Below, piece after piece: positions 8,514-17,123 of a stretch of DNA of 64,000 nt (position 1 is the first letter of the stretch; each line of letters begins with the position of its first letter). The notes under the pieces were generated by a model, which was not told where the DNA came from, did not search any database, and saw nothing but the letters and a program-made list of their open reading frames with translations. Made by a program: the position numbers and the translations under genes. The stretch comes from Longimicrobiales bacterium (GTDB taxonomy: Bacteria; Gemmatimonadota; Gemmatimonadetes; Longimicrobiales; Gaopeijiaceae): the NCBI GenBank assembly GCA_963664435.2, contig CAXXKM010000002.1:992001-1056000 (forward strand), written 5' to 3'.

Positions 8514-10112
8514 ATGGGCGTCCTTTCCACCCCCCGCCGCATTCTTGCCGCCTGGTTCCCCTGGTGGCCGGTGGAGAGGCTGGCCTGGCGCTTTCCCGAG
8601 GCGCGCACCCGGCCCTTCGTGACCATCGGCGAGCAGCGGGGGCGGCTGGTGATCGAGGCGGTCAACCCGCGCGCGGCGGGGGCGGGACTGGCGCCGGGCA
8701 TGCCCCTGGCCGACGGGCGGGCCATCGTGCCCGACGTGATCGCCCACCCCGCCGATCCCGCCGCCGACGCCCATGCGCTGAAGAGGCTGGCCCGGTGGGC
8801 GGACGTCTTCACCCCCCGGGTCATGCCGGCCGGCGTGGACGGGCTCTTCCTCGATGTCGGGGGATGCACGCATCTCCATGGTGGCGAGGAGGCGCTGCTG
8901 GCGGCGCTGGGGGTGGGGTTGGGGGGGCTGGGGCTCACCTCCCGGCTGGCGCTCGCCGGCACGCCCGGGGCGGCCTGGGCGCTGGCCCGCCACGGCGAGA
9001 AGTCTCCCGCCATCGTGCCCCGGTCTGCGGGTCCGGCCGAGATGAAGGAGGCGCTGGCCGGGCTTCCCGTCGCCGCCCTCCGGCTCGACGCCGATGTCGT
9101 GGAGGCACTGGTTTCCTTCGGCCTCGACAGGATCGGGGCTCTCTATCCCTTCGACCCCGGGGCGCTGGCGAAGAGGTTCGGTCCCGGGCCGCACCGCCGC
9201 CTGGAGCAGATCCTCGGCTTCGTCGAAGAGCCGGTCATCTCTCTTCCGCCTCCGCTTCCGCGCGAGGCCCGCCGTGCCTTTGCCGAGCCGATCTCCGCAG
9301 CGGACAGCATCCGCGCGGCGGTGGAAGCCCTGCTGGAGGATCTGTGCCGGAACCTGAGCCGGGCAGGCGAGGGCGCGCGGCGGCTGCGGCTCATCTGCCA
9401 CCGAGGGGATGGAGCGCGTTCCGTTCTGGTGGCGGGTACCAGCCGACCTCTGCGCCGCTCGAAGCTCCTCATGAACCTGTTCGCGGGGAAGCTGGAGCGG
9501 ATCGTCCCCGGTTTCGGCATCGAGAAGATGGTGTTGTCCGCCGAAGTGGTCGAGGTCGTCGAGGAGGAGCAGGAGGACTGGTTCGCGCGGGCCGAGGCAG
9601 CAGCGGCGGGCCGCGGCGGATGGACCGGGGGGAAGGACGGAGCGGGCGGCCGTGAGGAGCTGGCCGCCCTCCTCGACCGGCTGGGGAACCGCTTCGGGTT
9701 CGGAAGCGTCGCCTGTCCGGTCCCGCGCCAGAGCTGGCTGCCCGAGCGCGCGGTCGAACTCCGCGAACCCCTGGCCGCGCTCCGGAGGCGCAGCCCGGGC
9801 TGGCCGGAGGGACGTTGCCGGCCGCTCCGGCTACTGTCTCCCCCGGAGCGGGTGGAGGCCGTCGCCCGCGAATCCGGCGAGTCGGAACCTGCGGGTGCGC
9901 CGGCCTTCTTCCGCTGGCGCGGACGGAGGCGCAGGCTGCGCGCAGCCGAGGGGCCCGAGCGGCTGGAGTGCGAATGGTGGCTGGAGGACGCCCCGTCCCG
10001 CGACTACTACCTGGCCGAAGACGAGGAAGGGCGGCGCTACTGGATCTTCTGCGAGCGACCCCGCGACCCCGCCGTCCCGCCGCGCTGGTTCCTGCACGGG
10101 TTCTTCGCGTGA
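8514..10112 (+). CDS. imuB: ImuB (Y-family polymerase-like protein)
   Basis: GLAPGMPLADGRA, DGLFLDVGGC, GPERLECEWW, RDYY and C-terminal WFLHGFFA. Confidence 0.9.
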   Translation: MGVLSTPRRILAAWFPWWPVERLAWRFPEARTRPFVTIGEQRGRLVIEAVNPRAAGAGLAPGMPLADGRAIVPDVIAHPADPAADAHALKRLARWADVFTPRVMPAGVDGLFLDVGGCTHLHGGEEALLAALGVGLGGLGLTSRLALAGTPGAAWALARHGEKSPAIVPRSAGPAEMKEALAGLPVAALRLDADVVEALVSFGLDRIGALYPFDPGALAKRFGPGPHRRLEQILGFVEEPVISLPPPLPREARRAFAEPISAADSIRAAVEALLEDLCRNLSRAGEGARRLRLICHRGDGARSVLVAGTSRPLRRSKLLMNLFAGKLERIVPGFGIEKMVLSAEVVEVVEEEQEDWFARAEAAAAGRGGWTGGKDGAGGREELAALLDRLGNRFGFGSVACPVPRQSWLPERAVELREPLAALRRRSPGWPEGRCRPLRLLSPPERVEAVARESGESEPAGAPAFFRWRGRRRRLRAAEGPERLECEWWLEDAPSRDYYLAEDEEGRRYWIFCERPRDPAVPPRWFLHGFFA

Positions 10113-13100
10113 GCGCGGCCGGGCGCGACCCCGCGGCGTGCTTCCCCGGCGGCCGCGTGGGGGGAGGCTCGGGAGCCTGGACGGGCGGCTACGCGGAACT
10201 CCAGGTCACCAGCAACTTCTCGTTCCTGCGCGGCGCCTCCCAACCGGAGGAACTGGTGGAGCGGGCGCATGCCCTGGGCTACCGCGCCCTGGCGCTCACC
10301 GACCGCAACACCCTGGCAGGGGTCGTGCGCGCCCACCACGCCGCCCGGCAGACCGGGCTGCGCTTCATCGCCGGCGCCCGCCTCGACTTCGAGGACGCAC
10401 CGTCCCTGCTCTGCCTGCCCGTCTCCAGGAAGGGCTACGGCCGCCTGGCCCGGCTGATCACCCTGGGGCGCAGGCGCGCCCCCAAGGGAAAGTGTCGGCT
10501 CCACCGCGAGGATGTCGTGAAGGCAGCCGCAGAGCATGTCTTCATCGCCTTGCCGCCGGAAGTGCCCGGACCCGGTTTCGCCGAGCAGCTGGCCTGGTAT
10601 CGGAAGCGGCTGGACGCGCCTCTCTTCCTGGCCGCCACCTGCATCCACCGGGGCAACGACGCCCGCCGCCTGGCGGCCCTGGCCTCCCTCTCGCAGGCGG
10701 AGCGCGTGCCGCTGGTCGCAACCGGCGACGTGCACCAGCACATCCCTGAACGGCGCCGGCTCCACGACCTGCTCACCTGCATCCGCGAGCGCTGCACCAT
10801 CGACACCGCCGGCTGGCGCCTGGCAGCCAACGCGGAACGCCATCTCAAGTCCCCCGCGAAGGTGGCCGTCCTCTTCCGCGATCATCCCCATGCCCTCGCC
10901 AATGCGGTGGAGATCGCCGAACGCTGCCGTTTCTCCCTCGGAGAACTGCGCTACGAGTACCCCGATGAGGTGGTCGGCGAAGGCCGCACACCCCAGCGGG
11001 AACTGGAGATTCTGACCTGGCAGGGTGCGGCCCGGCGTTATCCCGGGAGCATCCCCACCAGGGTGCGGGCGACCCTCGAACACGAACTGGCGCTCATCGG
11101 CGAACTGGAGTACGCCCCCTATTTCCTTACCGTGGCCGATATCGTCCGGGCCGCCCGCGGCATGGGCATCCTGTCCCAGGGGCGCGGCTCGGCCGCCAAC
11201 TCGGCGGTATGTTACTGCCTGGAGATCACATCGGTCGACCCGGACCGCATCGACCTGCTGTTCGAGCGCTTCATCTCCGCCGAACGGGGCGAAGTGCCCG
11301 ACATCGACGTGGATTTCGAGCACGAGCGCCGCGAGGAGGTCATCCAGTACATCTACCGCAAGTACGGCCGGGAGCGGGCCGGGCTGGCCGCGACGGTGGT
11401 GACCTACCGCGCCCGCAGTGCGTTGCGCGACACCGGCCGGGCCATGGGACTGAGCAAGGACGCGGTCGACCGGCTGCTCTCCATGGCTTCGGGCTGGTCG
11501 AAGCCGGTGGACGAGGAGCGCGCCCGGGAGGAAGGGTTCGACCCGAGGGACCGGCGCCTGCGCCTGACCCTGGAGCTGGCCCGCGAACTCCAGGGCTTCC
11601 CCCGCCATCTGTCCCAGCACACGGGCGGGTTCGTGATCTCCCGCGGGCCGCTGTGCGAGATCGTTCCCATCGAGAACGCCGCCATGGAGGACCGCACGGT
11701 AATCGAGTGGAACAAGGACGATCTCGAGGCGCTGGGGCTCGTCAAGGTGGATGTGCTGGGACTGGGCATGCTCTCCTGCATCCGGCGCTCCTTTGAGTTG
11801 CTGGAAGCGCACTACGGCGTTCGCCACACCCTGGGGGACGTGCCGGCGGAGGACCCGGGGGTCTACGGGATGATTCAGCGGGCGGACACGATCGGGGTCT
11901 TCCAGATCGAGAGCCGGGCCCAGATGGCGATGCTGCCCCGGCTGAAGCCGGCCACCTTCTACGACCTGGTCATCGAAGTGGCGATCGTGCGGCCGGGGCC
12001 GATCCAGGGGGACATGGTTCATCCCTACCTGCGCCGGCGGAGGGGCATCGAGCCGGTGCAATACCCTTCGGAAGATCTGCGCGAGGTTCTGGGGAAGACC
12101 CTGGGCGTTCCCCTTTTCCAGGAACAGGCGATGAAGATCGCCATCGTCGGGGCCGGATTCAGTCCGGCCGAAGCCGACCAGCTGCGCCGCGCCATGGCCA
12201 GCTTCCGCAACTACGGCACCATCCATCGCTTCCGCGACAAGTTCGTGGAGGGGATGGTGGGGAGAGGATACGGGCGGGACTTCGCCGAACGCTGCTTCAG
12301 GCAGATCGAGGGGTTTGGCGACTACGGCTTTCCGGAGAGCCACGCGGCCAGCTTCGCGCTCCTGGTCTACATCTCCTCGTGGCTGAAGCACCACTACCCG
12401 GAGGTCTTCGCCTGCGCCCTCCTCAACAGCCAGCCCATGGGCTTCTACGCGCCCGCACAGATCGTGGGCGATGCGCGCAGGCACGGGGTGGAGGTGCGCC
12501 CGGTGGATGTCAACCACTCGGAGTGGGACTGCACCCTGGAGCCGGCGGGGGAGCGGGAAGCGGGCGCGCCGCAACGTGAACGGGCCGGGAATGGCCACGG
12601 CGATATGGTGGACCGGGGGTCGGATGCGGCATGCTCGCATCCGCGCATGGCGCTGAGGCTGGGGCTGCGCCAGATCCGCGGCCTGAGGGAAGAGGACGCC
12701 ACACGCATCGTGACGGCCCGGGAGGAAGGGTATCGCTCCCCGGCCGACCTGCGGCGGCGGGCAGGCATCAGGCCGGCCGTCCTGACCCGCCTTGCCAGGG
12801 CGGATGCCTTCATCTCCACCGGGCTGGACCGCCGCCAGGCCGCCTGGGCGATCCGCTCCCTGGACCAGGCGGAGCCGTTGCCGCTCTTCGATTCGCGCGG
12901 CGAGGCGGAGCCGCCCCGCCCGGAACCGGCCCTGCCCGCCCTGCTCGCCGGCGAGCAGGTGGTGGCCGACTACCGCACCACCGGGCTGTCCCTCAAACAG
13001 CACCCAACCGCCCTGCTGAGGGAACGGCTGGCCGACCGGGGGGTGCGCCCGGCCAGCCACCTGGAAGAACTCCCCGCCGGGGCGCGCGTCACCGTCGCCG

Positions 13101-13399
13101 GCATCGTGCTGGTCCGCCAGCGGCCGGGCACGGCGGGCAGGATCGTGTTCGTGACCCTGGAGGACGAGACCGGATCCTCCAACCTGGTGGTGTTTCCCTC
13201 GGTCCAGGAACGTTGCCGCCGCGCCCTGCTCACCGCGCGGCTGATGGTCTGCCGCGGCCGGCTGGAGAAGGAACAGGGGGTGATCCATGTGATCGCCGAC
13301 CGCATCGATTCCCTCAACGACTGGCTGGACGGCCTGGCGGGAAGGCCGGGAGCAACTTCACGGGGTGCGTTCGTGGGCAGAGGACGGTTTTTCCACTAG
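10109..13399 (+). CDS. dnaE2: error-prone DNA polymerase DnaE2 (ImuC)
   Basis: GTG overlapping the imuB stop; SNFSFLRGAS PHP motif, GRGSAANS, PDIDVDFE, YGFPESHAASF and a C-terminal OB fold. Confidence 0.95.
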   Translation: MSAAGRDPAACFPGGRVGGGSGAWTGGYAELQVTSNFSFLRGASQPEELVERAHALGYRALALTDRNTLAGVVRAHHAARQTGLRFIAGARLDFEDAPSLLCLPVSRKGYGRLARLITLGRRRAPKGKCRLHREDVVKAAAEHVFIALPPEVPGPGFAEQLAWYRKRLDAPLFLAATCIHRGNDARRLAALASLSQAERVPLVATGDVHQHIPERRRLHDLLTCIRERCTIDTAGWRLAANAERHLKSPAKVAVLFRDHPHALANAVEIAERCRFSLGELRYEYPDEVVGEGRTPQRELEILTWQGAARRYPGSIPTRVRATLEHELALIGELEYAPYFLTVADIVRAARGMGILSQGRGSAANSAVCYCLEITSVDPDRIDLLFERFISAERGEVPDIDVDFEHERREEVIQYIYRKYGRERAGLAATVVTYRARSALRDTGRAMGLSKDAVDRLLSMASGWSKPVDEERAREEGFDPRDRRLRLTLELARELQGFPRHLSQHTGGFVISRGPLCEIVPIENAAMEDRTVIEWNKDDLEALGLVKVDVLGLGMLSCIRRSFELLEAHYGVRHTLGDVPAEDPGVYGMIQRADTIGVFQIESRAQMAMLPRLKPATFYDLVIEVAIVRPGPIQGDMVHPYLRRRRGIEPVQYPSEDLREVLGKTLGVPLFQEQAMKIAIVGAGFSPAEADQLRRAMASFRNYGTIHRFRDKFVEGMVGRGYGRDFAERCFRQIEGFGDYGFPESHAASFALLVYISSWLKHHYPEVFACALLNSQPMGFYAPAQIVGDARRHGVEVRPVDVNHSEWDCTLEPAGEREAGAPQRERAGNGHGDMVDRGSDAACSHPRMALRLGLRQIRGLREEDATRIVTAREEGYRSPADLRRRAGIRPAVLTRLARADAFISTGLDRRQAAWAIRSLDQAEPLPLFDSRGEAEPPRPEPALPALLAGEQVVADYRTTGLSLKQHPTALLRERLADRGVRPASHLEELPAGARVTVAGIVLVRQRPGTAGRIVFVTLEDETGSSNLVVFPSVQERCRRALLTARLMVCRGRLEKEQGVIHVIADRIDSLNDWLDGLAGRPGATSRGAFVGRGRFFH

Positions 13400-13542
13400 C
13401 GGCACAACAAAACCGGGCCCTGACTTGTCAGAGAATCAAGTGGTAGACCTGTCAGGATCCACCGTGTTAGATTGCCTGACTTGCTGTTCGCAGGCCAGCC
13501 TTGGCTGTTTTGTAGACCCCACCCCCGGTAGGCGCGCACTGG

Positions 13543-14403
13543 ATGTTCTCATCCTCTCGTGGTCTGGACTCCTTCGATCAGTATCTCCAGGACGTAGAGA
13601 AGTACCCGCTCATCCGGGATCCCGAGGAAGAGCGCGAGCTGGCCCGGCGCGCCCGGACCGGCGATATGGAGGCGGCCGAGCGGCTGGTGACCGCCAACCT
13701 CCGCTTCGTGATTTCCTACGTCAAGAAGTACCAGGGTCGCGGGCTCGGTCTGGCCGAACTGGTGTGCATCGGCAACGAGGGGCTGCTGAAGGCGGTCAAG
13801 AAATTCGACCCCGACAAGGGGGTCAAGTTCATCAGCTACGCGGTCTGGTGGATCCGGCAGACCGTCCTGCAGGCGCTGGCCGAACAGACCCGCTCGGTGC
13901 GCATCCCGCTCAACCAGAACTCCAACCTCGCCAAGCTGGCGCGCACCGACACCGCGCTGACCCAGGAACTGGGCCGCTCTCCCACCGATCAGGAGATCGC
14001 CAAGGAGATGCAGGAGCCCGTCGAGACCATCCGCGCGCTGCGCCGGGTGGCCGCGACCGAACTCAGCCTGGACGCCCCCATCGACCGCCGGGACCGGGAC
14101 AGTTCGAGCTTCGGCGAACGCTTTGCCGGCGTGGAGGCCGCGGACATCGAACTGGATGTGGAGGCGCTGGCCCGCCGGGCCTTCATGGAGGACATGTTCG
14201 AGAAGTACCTGACGGAACGCGAACGCAAGATCCTCTACCTCTACTACGGGCTGGACGACGGCGAGGAGCGCACGCTCGAGGAGATCGGCGTGCTTCTCGG
14301 GGTCACGCGCGAACGGATTCGCCAGATTCGCAACCGCGCATTCGAGAAGCTGCGCGACAGCCCGCACGGGGATTCGCTGTCCGGTTTCTGGAGCGCGAAC
14401 TGA
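13543..14403 (+). CDS. RNA polymerase sigma-70 factor (RpoD/RpoS-like, no region 1.1)
   Basis: ANLRFVIS, KFDPDKGVKFISYAVWWIRQ and TLEEIG...GVTRERIRQI. Confidence 0.93.
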   Translation: MFSSSRGLDSFDQYLQDVEKYPLIRDPEEERELARRARTGDMEAAERLVTANLRFVISYVKKYQGRGLGLAELVCIGNEGLLKAVKKFDPDKGVKFISYAVWWIRQTVLQALAEQTRSVRIPLNQNSNLAKLARTDTALTQELGRSPTDQEIAKEMQEPVETIRALRRVAATELSLDAPIDRRDRDSSSFGERFAGVEAADIELDVEALARRAFMEDMFEKYLTERERKILYLYYGLDDGEERTLEEIGVLLGVTRERIRQIRNRAFEKLRDSPHGDSLSGFWSAN

Positions 14404-14525
14404 CCCGGTCTTCGGTTCAGGACATTCCTCACTGGCACGCGTCTCCGGCTTCCCGCCGGCATCGCGCCCGCAGACTCGAGTCGCACCCCCGCACGTCCGG
14501 GGACCGCCGGCGAACTTCCCTCCCC

Positions 14526-14594
14526 ATGCGCGCCATCGGCCTTGTGCGCGCGATCGGCCTGGTGCGTGCCATCGGCCTGGTGCTCGCCCTCGGC
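14526..14594 (+). repeat. 18-bp tandem repeat, about 3.8 copies, in the signal peptide
   Basis: atgcgcgccatcggcctt / gtgcgcgcgatcggcctg / gtgcgtgccatcggcctg / gtgctcgccctcggc, encoding MRAIGL-VRAIGL-VRAIGL-VLALG. Confidence 0.85.
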
Positions 14595-16580
14595 GCCGGC
14601 ACTTCCCCGGTCTCCGCCCAACAGGCTTCCTCCTGGGACGATCTCCGGGTGCTGGAGCTCCTCGAGCGCGGGACCGCCACCCGACAGGCCGCTGCCCTGG
14701 ACGGCCTTCGCGCGTATACGGCCGACGCGCGCGGCTACGTCTACTTTTTCCTCGACCGTCAGGCCGGCGAGGAACGCAACCTGGTCAAGACCGACCAGCT
14801 CGCGGTGCGGGTGTACTGGAAGGCGCCCGGCCTGACCCGGCAGCACATTCTCGGTCGCCGCGACGAGCGGCGGCTGCCCACCAACATCCGTTACCATCTC
14901 GACCACCTGATCGTGATCCAGGAGAACTTCGGCGACGTAATCCGGATCGGGGACGGGGACGAGGTGGCGTCGGTTCTCCATCCGCTCGCCCCGGGCGCGG
15001 CCGCCTGGTACGAGTTCCTGCTGGCCGACTCGATCACGGTCGCCTTTGCGGACGGGCTCGACCCCGTGCGGGTGTTCGAGGTGCAGGTGCGGCCGCGCGA
15101 TTCCGACCAGCCCGGCTTTGTGGGCACCCTCTATCTCGATCAGGAAACGGCGGCGGTGGTGCGCATGAACTTCACGTTCACGCCCGCTTCCTACGTCGAT
15201 CGTCAACTCGACTACATCCGGGTATCGCTGGAAAACGCCCTCTGGGATCGCCGCTACTGGCTCCCCTATCGCCAGAGCGTCGAGATCCGGCGGAAGATCC
15301 CGTTCTTCGATCTTCCCGTGGGCAGCGTCATTCGGGGCCGCTGGGAAATCGGCGATTACGACTTCGAAGTCGATCTCCCCGACACGTTCTTCCTGGGGCC
15401 TCAGGTCATGCGCAATTCGGACCGGATGCTGGCGGCCTTCCCGTTCGAGCGCGATCTCTACGCCCAGGTCGACGAGGAGGGGCTCGCCCCCACGGCCGAA
15501 CTGATCGACATCGAAGCCGAGGCGACCCGGTTGGTGCGTGGTCGATACCTGAGCGGGCTCCGCCGCCTTCGTCTCGCGCTGCCGCCCCTCTCCGAGGCGG
15601 TCCGCTACAACCGCGCCGAGGGCTGGGTTACCCAGGGTGGCCTCAATCTTCGCGCGACGAACCGCCTGCGTCTCGGGGCACTGCTGGGTTACACCTACGC
15701 CGCAAGTCGTCCCCTCGGTCGCGTAAGCGCCGTGTTCGAGGACCCGCACCGCGAGCGACCGAGCACCGTCGGCCTCGATCTCTTCCTGCGCGAGCCGCGT
15801 GACATCGGCCCCGTGGCGGGGTCGAGCCGGGTCATGAACACCCTCTCCTCGCTGCTCCACCAGACCGACTGGACGGACCCCTACTTCGCGACGGGCGCCC
15901 GTGTCCGCGCAGGCCGCTCCTTCGGCCCGGTCTCGGCGCGCGCCGAACTCCGCTACGAACGCCATCACGGCGCGCGCGTCGCCGCCGGCGGAGATCCGGC
16001 CGGCTGGCGTCCGGTGCGGGTCATCGAGGAAGGTGACATGACCGCCATTCGGCTGTCCGCGTCGCTCGGCTCGCCCGACCTCCTCTTCGGTGAAGCGGGC
16101 GGCACCTGGGGAAGCTTCGAAGGTGCCCCCTACCAGGAAGCCTCTCTGCGACTCGCCGCCGGCCGCCGCTGGCTGGCGCACGGCGTGGAACTCCGCTCGA
16201 CCCTGGATGCCGCCGCCGTCTCCGAGGGCGCGCCGCTGCAGTCGCTCTACCTCCTGGGTGGCCGCGAGACCCTTCCCGGATACGACTACCGTTCGCTGGC
16301 CGGCAACGGCTTCTGGCTTCTCCGGGTCGAAGGATCGCGCCAACTCTTCGGCCCATGGCTGCGGATCCGCGGCACAGGCGCGGCCGGACGCACCCGGCTC
16401 ACCTTCGCGGAGATTCCGGAAACGTGGGACGCCCGCGTACCCCGGATCACCCGCTTCTCCGCTGGACTGGGGCTCGCCCTCGGCTGGGATCTCGTCCAGA
16501 TCGATGTCGTGCGCGGCCTGAACGGCGGCTCCTGGGAGGTCGTTCTCGACCTCAACCGGCGCTTCCGCGACCTCTTCTAG
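14526..16580 (+). CDS. secreted/outer-membrane protein with BamA/TamA-like C-terminal barrel
   Basis: Signal peptide from ATG 14526; VRYNRAEG, LGGRETLPGYDY and FSAGLGL motifs. Confidence 0.7.
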   Translation: MRAIGLVRAIGLVRAIGLVLALGAGTSPVSAQQASSWDDLRVLELLERGTATRQAAALDGLRAYTADARGYVYFFLDRQAGEERNLVKTDQLAVRVYWKAPGLTRQHILGRRDERRLPTNIRYHLDHLIVIQENFGDVIRIGDGDEVASVLHPLAPGAAAWYEFLLADSITVAFADGLDPVRVFEVQVRPRDSDQPGFVGTLYLDQETAAVVRMNFTFTPASYVDRQLDYIRVSLENALWDRRYWLPYRQSVEIRRKIPFFDLPVGSVIRGRWEIGDYDFEVDLPDTFFLGPQVMRNSDRMLAAFPFERDLYAQVDEEGLAPTAELIDIEAEATRLVRGRYLSGLRRLRLALPPLSEAVRYNRAEGWVTQGGLNLRATNRLRLGALLGYTYAASRPLGRVSAVFEDPHRERPSTVGLDLFLREPRDIGPVAGSSRVMNTLSSLLHQTDWTDPYFATGARVRAGRSFGPVSARAELRYERHHGARVAAGGDPAGWRPVRVIEEGDMTAIRLSASLGSPDLLFGEAGGTWGSFEGAPYQEASLRLAAGRRWLAHGVELRSTLDAAAVSEGAPLQSLYLLGGRETLPGYDYRSLAGNGFWLLRVEGSRQLFGPWLRIRGTGAAGRTRLTFAEIPETWDARVPRITRFSAGLGLALGWDLVQIDVVRGLNGGSWEVVLDLNRRFRDLF

Positions 16581-16659
16581 GGCTCCACCGGGCGCGACTC
16601 CCCCAGGCAGTCCATGGACGAACTCCACCCTGCATTCGAGCCGCTTCATCCACGGACGG

Positions 16660-17001
16660 CTAGCCGTCGCTGCGGGACGTGAGCAGCACCAACTCGCGTG
16701 CGTTTACATCGGCCGTGGGAATGGTGATGCCGTCCCGCTCATAGGTGTCGTATTCGAGCCGGCCCTCCACGTACACCCGGTCTCCCTTCCGCACATAGTC
16801 CTCGACGAACTGAGCGGTCTTGTTCCACACCGTGATCCGGTGCCAGTCCGTTCGCTCCTCTACGTCGTTCGGCCCACGACGGATACGCTGGTTGGTGGCG
16901 AGCGAGAAATGCGCCACCTTCTTGCGCGCCTGGGTCTCGTGAACGTCCGGATCCCGCCCGACATTCCCGATCAGGATGATCTTGTTGACCGACCGGCTCA
17001 T
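16660..17001 (-). CDS. ssb: single-stranded DNA-binding protein (short form)
   Basis: MSRSVNKIILIGNVGRDP, FSLAT, TDWHRI and KGDRVYVEGRL; GGAGA RBS. Confidence 0.93.
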   Translation of the reverse strand: MSRSVNKIILIGNVGRDPDVHETQARKKVAHFSLATNQRIRRGPNDVEERTDWHRITVWNKTAQFVEDYVRKGDRVYVEGRLEYDTYERDGITIPTADVNARELVLLTSRSDG

Positions 17002-17123
17002 CGGCGTCTCTCCTTCCTTTGCCTGTGATACTGGATTCCTCCCGGCGTCTTTCACGTTCGCGGGAAAATCCGGGCGAAGGAATGACAGGATGAGCCGATC
17101 GCGGTCCCGGTCCGGTCCGGGAT

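Noticed and set aside
13365..14525. 1071-aa ORF apparently overlapping the sigma factor
   Set aside because: The upstream part is an off-frame read-through of the sigma gene; the real protein starts at the signal peptide at 14526.
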